Shown here in pieces: positions 7,530-15,477 of a stretch of 20,000 nt of DNA (positions within the stretch are counted from its first letter, which is position 1; each line of letters opens with the position of its first letter). The DNA is taken from sequence record SRR22947727_5200, one strand, 5' to 3'. The position numbers were made by a program, and so were the translations under genes. The notes under the pieces are model-generated. The model saw only the letters and a program-made list of their open reading frames with translations, was not told where the DNA came from and searched no databases.

Positions 7530-8870
7530 ATGACTGACACGCTTTCTCACCCACCCACGTCGAGCACCTCTGCTCGCATTGTCACCGAGATTCCCGGTCC
7601 TCGCTCGAAAGAAATGCACGAGCGCCGCGTCAAGACTGTGTCCGCGGGAGTTGCCGCGACCTTCCCCATTTACGCAGCCAGCGCCCACGACGCGGTCATC
7701 GAAGACGTTGATGGCAACCGCTTTATTGACTTCACCGGCGGTATCGGGGTGATGACCGTAGGTCACACCAACGACGCCGTGGTCCATGCCGTGGCCGATC
7801 AGGCATCCAAGGTCACCCACACACTTTTTGCTGTAGCCGGGTACGAGCCCTACATCGAGGTCTGTGAGCTTCTCGCGAAGCACACTCCCGGAAACTTCGC
7901 GAAGAAGTCCGTGCTTGTCAACTCTGGAGCCGAGGCTGTCGAAAACGCGGTCAAAATTGCCCGCAAGCACACGGGTCGCACCGAGGTCGCCGTGTTGCAC
8001 CACGGGTACCACGGCCGCACCAACTTGACCTCCGCCATGAACTACAACATGCACCCCTACGGGACCGGTTTTGGTCCTCTCGCAGGCTCGGTGCACCACG
8101 CTCCCAACTCCTCTCCTTTCCACGATGGACTCTCCGGCGCTGAAGCGGCCGAGCGCACCATCACCTACCTGGAGAAGCGCGTGGGGGCAAGCCAGATTGC
8201 CTGCCTCGTGGTGGAGCCGATTCAGGGTGAGGGAGGCTTCATTGTCCCCGCCGAGGGTTACCTCCAGGCACTCGTGGATTGGTGTCACGCGAATGGCATC
8301 GTCTATGTGTCTGACGAAGTACAGAGCGGAATGGCTCGCACCGGCGCCTATTTCGCCAGCGAGCACTTTGGTATTGAACCGGACCTGGTGACAAGCGCTA
8401 AAGGCATCGGTGGCGGTATGCCAATTGCCGCAGTCACCGGACGTGCCGAGATTATGGATGCTTCTCACCCCGGTGGTTTGGGCGGAACATTCGGAGGCAA
8501 CCCGGTCTCCTGCGCAGCAGTGGTCGCTGTGTTCTCCGAGGTCGACAAGCGCGGCCTCTTGAACGAGGCGAAGCGTGTAGAAAAGACACTCAAGCCAGCG
8601 CTTCTCGACCTTCAGGCTAAATACCCGGTCATTGCTGATGTCCGAGGAATGGGAGCCATGCTCGCTATCGAGTTCATGGACCCCACCACTGGAAAACCCG
8701 CTCCCGAGGTTGCCAAGGCTGTACAAACCCATGCTCTGCACGCTGGTGTCTTGATCCTCACTGCCGGAACTTTCGGCAACGTGCTGCGATTCCTGCCCCC
8801 CGTGGTCATCACAGACGACCAGCTTCTCGAAGCTGTCGCTGTGATGGATGACGCACTCGCCTCGCTCTAA
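7530..8870 (+). CDS. gabT: 4-aminobutyrate aminotransferase (class III PLP aminotransferase)
   Basis: Motifs 'DVDGNRFIDFTGGIGV', 'NSGAEAVENAVKIAR', 'YHGRT', 'EPIQGEGGF', 'DEVQSGMARTG', PLP Lys in 'SAKGIGGGMP', 'GGLGGTFGGNP' and 'GNVLRFLPP'. Confidence 0.9.
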   Translation: MTDTLSHPPTSSTSARIVTEIPGPRSKEMHERRVKTVSAGVAATFPIYAASAHDAVIEDVDGNRFIDFTGGIGVMTVGHTNDAVVHAVADQASKVTHTLFAVAGYEPYIEVCELLAKHTPGNFAKKSVLVNSGAEAVENAVKIARKHTGRTEVAVLHHGYHGRTNLTSAMNYNMHPYGTGFGPLAGSVHHAPNSSPFHDGLSGAEAAERTITYLEKRVGASQIACLVVEPIQGEGGFIVPAEGYLQALVDWCHANGIVYVSDEVQSGMARTGAYFASEHFGIEPDLVTSAKGIGGGMPIAAVTGRAEIMDASHPGGLGGTFGGNPVSCAAVVAVFSEVDKRGLLNEAKRVEKTLKPALLDLQAKYPVIADVRGMGAMLAIEFMDPTTGKPAPEVAKAVQTHALHAGVLILTAGTFGNVLRFLPPVVITDDQLLEAVAVMDDALASL

Positions 8871-9846
8871 TCCAGTGGCTGCTGCGTGGCTGGGCGCCAA
8901 CGACGGTGTCGTTGTCGCTGATCTAGTGCGTGATGGCCACGTAGAGTCCCTTCATCACGGAGTGCTCGCCGTTGTCGACCACGAGGGAACAACGCTGCTG
9001 GAGCGGGGCAACCCCGACGCAATTGTGTATCCGCGCTCAACACTGAAGCCCCTACAAGCTCTAGCGGTTCTCGAGACTGGCATTGCGCTTAGTTCCCTGA
9101 ACCTCACACTGACCACTGCGAGCCACTCTGGATCCAGTAGACACCGCGACGCGGTCCTGGCATTTCTGCGCGCCTATGGACTTGAGGAGTCATCGTTGCA
9201 GTGCCCTCACGACTTGCCACTGGGGAGTGCTGAGCGAGCAGAGTTCTTGGCCGAAGGCCACGAACCCAGCCGCCTCGCGATGAATTGCTCCGGTAAACAT
9301 GCTGGCTTCTTGGCTGCCTGCACTCATGCTGGCTACTCCACCGAGGACTATCTCAGCCTCGAGCACCCGCTCCAACGCAGCATCACCGAAACCATCACCC
9401 GCTATGCCGAAGAGGCCCCCGCCTTCACCTCGCGAGATGGCTGTGGTGCACCGCTGCACGCACTCAGTCTTCGCGGGCTTGCCCGCGCAATCGCAAAGGT
9501 TGCCGGCGCCCAGACCCCCCACGAACAACAGTTGAGCGCTGCTGTTCGAGACAACTCCTGGGCGATTGATGGCGAGGGCCGCAACAACACCGTGACCATC
9601 GAGACAGTGGGAGGAATCGCCAAGATTGGGGCCGAGGGTCTTGTAGTGATCGGAACCCCGTCAGGAGTGGCTGTGGCGGTGAAAATCCTGGACGGATCCA
9701 TGAGGGCGACCTCACTGGTTGCGCTCGCCGCACTGGAAAGCGTGGGCGCGATTTCCGCCACCGATGCCTCTGCCCTGAGCGAGCGGATGGCTCATCCCGC
9801 GACCGGCGGTGACGCCATTATCGGGGGCTTACAAGTCCGGATATAG
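8848..9846 (+). CDS. Class 3 (Rhizobium etli AnsA-type, 'asparaginase II') L-asparaginase family protein
   Basis: Motifs 'R.G.VES.H.G', 'RSTLKPLQA', 'ASHSG', 'NCSGKHAGFL', 'DGCGAP', 'AKIGAEG' and 'KILDG..RA'. The exact start is uncertain (overlaps gabT by 23 nt, and there are downstream GTG alternatives). Confidence 0.88.
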   Translation: MTHSPRSNPVAAAWLGANDGVVVADLVRDGHVESLHHGVLAVVDHEGTTLLERGNPDAIVYPRSTLKPLQALAVLETGIALSSLNLTLTTASHSGSSRHRDAVLAFLRAYGLEESSLQCPHDLPLGSAERAEFLAEGHEPSRLAMNCSGKHAGFLAACTHAGYSTEDYLSLEHPLQRSITETITRYAEEAPAFTSRDGCGAPLHALSLRGLARAIAKVAGAQTPHEQQLSAAVRDNSWAIDGEGRNNTVTIETVGGIAKIGAEGLVVIGTPSGVAVAVKILDGSMRATSLVALAALESVGAISATDASALSERMAHPATGGDAIIGGLQVRI

Positions 9847-9937
9847 TCTCAGAGGTGCAGGATTCCCAGCGATTCTGACCTGCCCTCACACGACGAAGTG
9901 TCGGGGCATCACATTCCCACAATTGAGGTGACACGTC

Positions 9938-11050
9938 ATGAAGATTTCGGTTATTCGCGAAATCAAGAACAACGAATTCCGAGTTGCAATGACCCCGGCA
10001 GGTGTCCGGGATCTTGTGACCGGTGGACATCAGGTCACTGTCGAAACTGGTGCGGGACTCGGCTCAGGAATTACCGACGAGGACTATGTCGCTGAGGGCG
10101 CGAGCATCGCACCTGATGCCGCATCAGCCTGGAATTCCGCTGAGATGGTCGTCAAAGTCAAAGAACCTATCGCGAGCGAGTATCAGTATTTCCGCTCGGA
10201 TCTCCTGCTCTTCACCTACCTACACCTCGCGGCGGAGCCCGAGCTGACCCAAGCACTCCTAGACGCGGGCACGACTTCCATCGCCTACGAGACAGTGCAA
10301 GGCCCCACCGGAGGCCTTCCTTTGCTTGCTCCCATGAGTGAGGTTGCAGGCCGACTCTCGTCCATCGTGGGTGCTGCCACCCTCCTGAAGCCAGCCGGTG
10401 GCATGGGGCTGCTCGTTCCCGGTGTCCCCGGAACGAGGCCCGCCAACGTCGTCGTTCTCGGTGGTGGAGTAGCCGGGACAAACGCAGTGTCTGTCGCAGT
10501 GGGGCTCGGAGCCGAGGTCACGGTCCTCGACACAAACCTTCAGCGCCTGAAAGAGCTTGATGCTCTCTATGCCGGGCGCATCAAGACTGCAGCGTCCAAC
10601 TCTCTCGAAATTGAGCGGGCCTGTCTCGCCGCTGATCTCGTCATTGGCTCGGTGTTGATTCCAGGAGCGAAAGCCCCCAAGCTCGTCTCGCTTGACCTGG
10701 TCTCCCGAATGAAGCCGGGAAGTGTACTGGTTGACATTGCGGTGGACCAGGGTGGTTGCTTCGAAGGCTCGAAGCCCACCACCCACGCTGATCCAACCTT
10801 CCAGGTTCACAACAGCACCTACTACTGCGTGGCCAACATGCCAGGTGCTGTGCCCCAAACCTCCACGGTCGCTCTCACCAATGCCACGATGCGCTACGTC
10901 AACGCTCTGGCCAATAAAGGCTGGAAGAAAGCGTTGTCCGAGGACGCGGGGTTGGCCTTGGGGTTGAGCACTGACGCCGGCATTTTGACCAACGAAGCTG
11001 TGGGTGTTGCTCACGGCATTGACGCGGTCACGCCTTCCACCAGGCTCTAG
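9938..11050 (+). CDS. ald: Alanine dehydrogenase
   Basis: Motifs 'EIKNNEFRVAMTP', 'KVKEP', 'FTYLHLAA', 'LLAPMSEVAGR', 'GGGVAG', 'DIAVDQGGCFE' and 'YCVANMPGAVP'. A GAGGTG SD lies upstream. Confidence 0.96.
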   Translation: MKISVIREIKNNEFRVAMTPAGVRDLVTGGHQVTVETGAGLGSGITDEDYVAEGASIAPDAASAWNSAEMVVKVKEPIASEYQYFRSDLLLFTYLHLAAEPELTQALLDAGTTSIAYETVQGPTGGLPLLAPMSEVAGRLSSIVGAATLLKPAGGMGLLVPGVPGTRPANVVVLGGGVAGTNAVSVAVGLGAEVTVLDTNLQRLKELDALYAGRIKTAASNSLEIERACLAADLVIGSVLIPGAKAPKLVSLDLVSRMKPGSVLVDIAVDQGGCFEGSKPTTHADPTFQVHNSTYYCVANMPGAVPQTSTVALTNATMRYVNALANKGWKKALSEDAGLALGLSTDAGILTNEAVGVAHGIDAVTPSTRL

Positions 11051-13430
11051 TTGTCAGCTCGAACCTGTCCTTCCGCCACACCAGGAGGACAGGTTCGGGG
11101 ATCGGCAGTGGAGGCGGGTGAATACGTCCCAAGGTCGCTCCGCGCATATCGCTGGGGCTTACGCCATCGAGAATGATGTCGCTCCGATCCGCAACCTCAT
11201 GCCAGCGTCGCGCCAATTCCTCCGGTGATAACACGAGCGCAATGGGTGCTCCTGCCCAGGATTCGGGGGACCGAGTAATGACACAGGCGCCACTGTCGGG
11301 AATGAGGCGAGGACTCGCTTCCTCTACCAACGCCACAGCTCCACGAGCTATCTGGAGCGTTTCTTCGCGGTAGCGCGCACGCCCCGGGATAGTTGAGGCC
11401 ACCCCGCCCAACACCTCCCTCACCTCAGCCTTTGCCACTGCCAACACGATCGTGTCCTCGGCCACGCGAGCTACTGCTCGCTGGTGTCGCGAGTCGGGTT
11501 TTATCGACATCAGCAGTGGTGACCGGCAGCTCTGCAGCAACTCGAGGAGAACATGTGCTCCCTCTTCTCCCGCCAGGGAGAGGGTGAAATCGAGGTCATC
11601 AAGCACGATTGCCCCCTCCCCCGTGCCATGCGTCCACCAGAACCAGAGCAGGAAGGGGTGCTGCGGGGCACGGACGACCTCCGTCCTCAAGCTGGCAAGC
11701 GTGTGGAGTGCTGTTGTCTTTCCACTCCCCGCATCCCCCACTACGAGGCACGACGCCGGTGGGGCGTCTTCTCGACCAAGAGCTCGATGAATTCCCGCGG
11801 GAACATCATCGACGAGACCCCAGCTCTCCGCTGTGATCGCTACCTCCTGGGGTAGAGGATCTGCCCAGACTCGCCAGGGAGAGCGTTCTCCCGGTGAAGC
11901 AGGCTCGTCGGCGCGAGCAACACTGTGGAGGGCTGGCTTCAGGGACGCTCCGGCAAGAATTACCTCCCCCGGTGCAAGGTGTCGAACCTTGTCGCGCAAA
12001 GAGACGGTGAGGTCGGGAATCCAGGAGAGTGCATCTGCTTCGTCGATGACCCTTCCGCAGATGCGGAGGGAGATGTTGGCCATCATGGCGTGGGAGAGAG
12101 CACCCGTCACCCGTTGGGTGGAGAGGATGACGTGAACACCCAGAGACCGCCCCCTGGCCAACACATCTGACAGCGCAGACGGAAACTCCGGAAAGTTGGC
12201 GAGTAGCCAGGCGGCCTCATCAATCACCACGACCAGGCGAGGCAGCGGCACCTCCTGGGCCACCTCCGAAATGTCCGAAACACCGTGGGTGTGGAGAATT
12301 CTCTCTCGTCGCAAGAGCTCTGAGTGCAATCCCACAAGCGCGCGGGATGCTCCCTCCCCGTCCATGTCGGTAATGGACCCGATTGTGTGGGGAAGGCCCT
12401 GAAGGGTGCGCAAACCTGCTCCACCTTTGAAATCAATCAGCACGCACACCAGAGACTCGGGCGGATACCGCCGGGCGAGGCTTTGCACGAGCGCAGTCAC
12501 GGTCACACTTTTGCCACTGCCCGTCGCTCCCCAAACCACCGCATGGGGGCCCTCTCGAACAAGATCCCACTGTGGCGAGTTCGGGGACAGGGAGCACCAG
12601 AGTGTCTTTCGTGGACTCTCCTCACGTGAAACGTCCTCGCTCCGCATCTCCTCGAGTGCGCCACAGTGGCGGAGAATCCAGTGCGCTTGTGCGATGGAGA
12701 GTTGATCGGGAAGCGTGGAAAACGACGTAACCCCGGTTGACCGGACCTCCACCGTCGGGTGAGGGCCAGCCACGATCACGACGGCACAGTCCTCGGGGAC
12801 ATCTTCCAGTGTGGCTACCCAGTGGGCATCCGATAATTCCGTCACGGAGTGCGGAAGCTCCCCGCGGGTATCAAGACGAAGAGTTCCAGCCCCCGCCAGG
12901 GCCCAAGTCACCGCGATTGTCCGCCACAGCCCTACCCAAGACTCATCACCCACGAGGGTGATGCTCTGATGAGGGTCCACGACGCTGGGCATCCCGGCCA
13001 TCCCTGGTGTCCCCCAGAGTGCGTGCCCCTCGGGAAAGTGTGCCCACCCCAGCCCGATTCGGCAGCCATGCTCGAGCAGCGCCGATCGTCGCCACAGCGG
13101 TTGTGAGGTGGCCTCCAGGATGGAGGGACGGAGCGCAAGAGCTCGAGCCTTCTCGCGGGAGCGAATATCCGAGACTTCCTGCTCGTACTGTGCCTTCGCT
13201 TCTGAATATTCGTCGAGCTCGCGCTTTCTCACCCGCGAGACTTGGCGGCGGGATTCATACCAACTGCCCACAACCATGGCAGGGCCCAGTAAACCCATGA
13301 TGAGCGCAAGAACCTGCTGGAAGATCACGGACATCACCAGAGCCAGGATTACCGGGGTCACGGCAGCGATCCAGGGCAGGGGTGCTGGGGTGAGGGGAGC
13401 CGGAGGCTTCGGAACCTGAAGGGTGGGCAC
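11028..13430 (-). CDS. FtsK/SpoIIIE-family ATPase, EccC/EssC-like (N-terminal TM hairpin, tandem ATPase domains)
   Basis: A Pro-rich N-terminus is followed by two TM helices and a coiled coil. Domain 1 has 'DLVREGPHAVVWGATGSGKS' (Walker A, 12507-12530), 'IDFKGG', 'LPH..G.ITD.D', Walker B 'VVIDE' and 'RGRSLGVHVILSTQR'. Domain 2 has 'GDAGSGKT' (11715-11738) and 'IVLDDLD'. Confidence 0.85.
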   Translation of the reverse strand: MPTLQVPKPPAPLTPAPLPWIAAVTPVILALVMSVIFQQVLALIMGLLGPAMVVGSWYESRRQVSRVRKRELDEYSEAKAQYEQEVSDIRSREKARALALRPSILEATSQPLWRRSALLEHGCRIGLGWAHFPEGHALWGTPGMAGMPSVVDPHQSITLVGDESWVGLWRTIAVTWALAGAGTLRLDTRGELPHSVTELSDAHWVATLEDVPEDCAVVIVAGPHPTVEVRSTGVTSFSTLPDQLSIAQAHWILRHCGALEEMRSEDVSREESPRKTLWCSLSPNSPQWDLVREGPHAVVWGATGSGKSVTVTALVQSLARRYPPESLVCVLIDFKGGAGLRTLQGLPHTIGSITDMDGEGASRALVGLHSELLRRERILHTHGVSDISEVAQEVPLPRLVVVIDEAAWLLANFPEFPSALSDVLARGRSLGVHVILSTQRVTGALSHAMMANISLRICGRVIDEADALSWIPDLTVSLRDKVRHLAPGEVILAGASLKPALHSVARADEPASPGERSPWRVWADPLPQEVAITAESWGLVDDVPAGIHRALGREDAPPASCLVVGDAGSGKTTALHTLASLRTEVVRAPQHPFLLWFWWTHGTGEGAIVLDDLDFTLSLAGEEGAHVLLELLQSCRSPLLMSIKPDSRHQRAVARVAEDTIVLAVAKAEVREVLGGVASTIPGRARYREETLQIARGAVALVEEASPRLIPDSGACVITRSPESWAGAPIALVLSPEELARRWHEVADRSDIILDGVSPSDMRGATLGRIHPPPLPIPEPVLLVWRKDRFELTTRAWWKA

Positions 13431-13498
13431 CGCGGCAGTACAGCATGATGCTCGAGGGCTTCAGGCATTCCCCGCCATCGCCCGAGAAAACTCAGTGC

Positions 13499-13514
13499 TC
13501 CCCAGGAGTGGGGA
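13499..13514. repeat. Perfect inverted repeat TCCCCA-GGAG-TGGGGA (small hairpin or protein-binding site)
   Basis: A 6-bp perfect stem with a 4-nt loop, 5 nt downstream of the FHA-gene stop and upstream of the FtsK-like gene. Confidence 0.45.
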
Positions 13515-13519
13515 CAGCT

Positions 13520-14239
13520 TTAGTGCAGGGTGAAGGAGAGTGACCCGAGAGTCACCGTGGAGCCACGCACCAAGGAATAGGCGTCATACGGGATGCACTG
13601 GAGGGCTCTGGCACCTGGTTCCTCCACCACGGTGCCATTAACGGTCTTCAAGTCCTTCACCCAGAAGACACCATTCTTCACCCCGAACTCGAGGTGTTCC
13701 GGTGCAACCGTGTCAGTGTCGTCATCGACTGTGATGCGTTGTAAGTCGGAGGGGTCTTGGTCGCTCACCGGCTTCACCCCGATAATCCCTGGCATCTCGC
13801 CCACAGTGATCTGGGGGCCGTGGGAAAACTTCAGCACGAAACGAATCGGTGCGCGCTGGGTTCGAGGCTTCTGCGTCGCTACCCGCTCGGCCTCCTCAAT
13901 ATCAAACAGCGACATCACCTGAGTGGGCTCTTCCTCGGGAACAGAGACGGGTTCGCTCGCGTCTGGCTCAGGCTGACTATCGGTTTTCTTCCCCAGGTTC
14001 AGGCTCCGACGAAGCCACCCGGTGGCTTTGGAGAGAGTATCGGGCTCGTCCTCCGGCTCCGCCGAGGTATTCTCAGCCGGTGCCTCCACAGCACCAGGTT
14101 CTGGAGTGGGAGGAGCCGGTTTGGGTCGAACCATCGACTGGCCGCACTGGGGGCAGAAAAGGCTGGAGGCTGGCACCGGGTCACCACACCGACTGCACGG
14201 GGCAGGAGGTGTCACAGCCTGGGCATCGAAAAGACTCAT
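13520..14239 (-). CDS. Zinc-ribbon + degenerate FHA-domain protein
   Basis: N-terminal CxxC-x10-CxxC ('CSRCG...FCPQCG'), then a long Pro/Glu-rich linker. The C-terminal FHA-like fold has 'H...G...G.FWV.DL.T.NGT.V' and 'L..G..VTLG..SF'. Confidence 0.8.
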   Translation of the reverse strand: MSLFDAQAVTPPAPCSRCGDPVPASSLFCPQCGQSMVRPKPAPPTPEPGAVEAPAENTSAEPEDEPDTLSKATGWLRRSLNLGKKTDSQPEPDASEPVSVPEEEPTQVMSLFDIEEAERVATQKPRTQRAPIRFVLKFSHGPQITVGEMPGIIGVKPVSDQDPSDLQRITVDDDTDTVAPEHLEFGVKNGVFWVKDLKTVNGTVVEEPGARALQCIPYDAYSLVRGSTVTLGSLSFTLH

Positions 14240-14240
14240 C

Positions 14241-14273
14241 GAAGGTCAGGCTACACAGCATCGCCTGGCCTTC
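14241..14273. promoter_or_regulatory. 11-bp imperfect inverted repeat overlapping the putative -10 (TAGCCT, minus strand 14253-14248) of the FHA gene
   Basis: GAAGGTCAGGC-N11-GCCTGGCCTTC (10 of 11 positions complementary), ending 1 nt from the ATG at 14239. Confidence 0.6.
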
Positions 14274-14367
14274 CAGGGAGCACACACGAGGTATCGCCAC
14301 GCGCGCTTGACACCAGGTTTTTCTGGGTGAACTCGGGGACAATGGGGGAGCTTGGAAAGGGTTCAGT

Positions 14368-15417
14368 GTGAGCATCGGGTCAAGAATTCTTCGAGCAGGT
14401 ATCGCCCTGCTCGCGCTTGGCGCGCTCGCACTCCAGGGTGGCGCGGCCTGGGGTGCCCTCTGGGTTGTCGAGAACCAGAGGATGATCAAAGACCAGCTAG
14501 TGGCGCACCAGTTCGAGACCCCCGAGAACATTGCCTCCTACATTGACCAGGCCGGACTATCTGACCAAGGGTCTCTGTACTTGAGAACGTCACTGCCTCG
14601 CGTGGTACCAGCGTATGAATTTGACCGTTACTGCACCCGTAACGAACCCGGCATCGGGGTCCTCGGCTGCTACACCACTCGCGATTCCCGCATTTACCTC
14701 TATGACGTGACAGACCCGCGCCTGGAAAGCATCGAGCCGGTCGTGGCCGCCCACGAAATGCTCCACGCGGTGTGGTTTAGAAAAACGACCGAGGAGCGAA
14801 ACGCTCTGGCACCGCTTCTGGAAGAGGCTTACGCAGCACTCGGTCCCGACCACCCTCTGATCGAGCGGATGGCAAGCTATGAGGCTGACAACCCCGCCTC
14901 CAGGCTTCCCGAGCTCTATTCGATCATCGGGACAGAGATTCGAGAGATTCCAGAGGCGCTGGAGGCTCACTATGCCGAGTACTTCGCCAATCGCGCACTC
15001 GTCGTCGACCTCGCCGATCGGGTCTATCGGGTCTTTGACACTCTCCAAGCAGAGCTCGAGCAACTGAGCAACGAGCTTTCGTCTCGAAACGCTGAGATTG
15101 AAGGCTTGCGCTTCACCTATGAAGAAACCTCTCGGGTATTAGCAGGAGACATTGTGGCTTTCAACGAGAAGGCCTCCACACCCGGCGCTTTCCCCTCGAA
15201 ATCCCAGTTCGAAGCAACGAGAGCAGAGCTCGTGACTCGCCAAGAACGTCTCGAGTCAATGCGGATTACTTTGCAAACCAAGATCACGGAATACAACGAG
15301 CGTCTCGAGGAGCTCAATACCCTGAACGATGAGGTGTCTGAGCTGAACCAAGGAATCAACGTCACACTCGAGGAGGAAGAGGAGTTGACACCACCTTCGA
15401 CGGATATCGAAAGTTAG
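14368..15417 (+). CDS. Membrane-anchored/secreted HExxH zincin-like protein with C-terminal coiled coil
   Basis: N-terminal hydrophobic helix, a Cys pair (YC...GCY), 'AAHEMLHAVW' (HExxH at 14752-14766) and a downstream 'ELYSIIGTE'. The C-terminal third is heptad-rich. GTG start with GGAAAGG SD. Confidence 0.75.
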   Translation: MSIGSRILRAGIALLALGALALQGGAAWGALWVVENQRMIKDQLVAHQFETPENIASYIDQAGLSDQGSLYLRTSLPRVVPAYEFDRYCTRNEPGIGVLGCYTTRDSRIYLYDVTDPRLESIEPVVAAHEMLHAVWFRKTTEERNALAPLLEEAYAALGPDHPLIERMASYEADNPASRLPELYSIIGTEIREIPEALEAHYAEYFANRALVVDLADRVYRVFDTLQAELEQLSNELSSRNAEIEGLRFTYEETSRVLAGDIVAFNEKASTPGAFPSKSQFEATRAELVTRQERLESMRITLQTKITEYNERLEELNTLNDEVSELNQGINVTLEEEEELTPPSTDIES

Positions 15418-15465
15418 TTATCCCCACCCTGCCGGTACTCTCTCCTCGCTGGGCACGGGCTTCGA

Positions 15466-15471
15466 TACGCT
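15466..15471 (+). promoter_or_regulatory. Putative -10 element (TACGCT) of leaderless ogt
   Basis: TACGCT-AGCGCC-ATG (6-nt spacer), with no SD. Confidence 0.6.
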
Positions 15472-15477
15472 AGCGCC

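Noticed and set aside
7515..8900. 461-aa ORF antisense to gabT
   Set aside because: It is the codon-aligned antisense shadow of a high-GC gene, has no recognisable motifs, and fully overlaps a clear conserved gene.
11028..13430. Calling this gene the cell-division translocase ftsK or a conjugative element marker
   Set aside because: It has no FtsK gamma domain or 4TM N-domain, and its signatures are EccC-like. No relaxase, integrase or att-like repeats were seen nearby.
14307..14343. Perfect TTGACA -35 upstream of the HExxH gene
   Set aside because: There is no TANNNT at 16-18 nt spacing (TGAACT at 15, GACAAT at 25), so a promoter cannot be called.
15418..15426. DnaA-box-like TTATCCCCA
   Set aside because: It is a single copy with one mismatch, with no box cluster or AT-rich unwinding element.
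15450..15471. PafBC/RecA-NDp (TGTCGG-N10-TA-N3-T) or LexA box upstream of ogt
   Set aside because: The hexamer at the required position is TGGGCA, and no TCGAAC-N4-GTTCGA is present.
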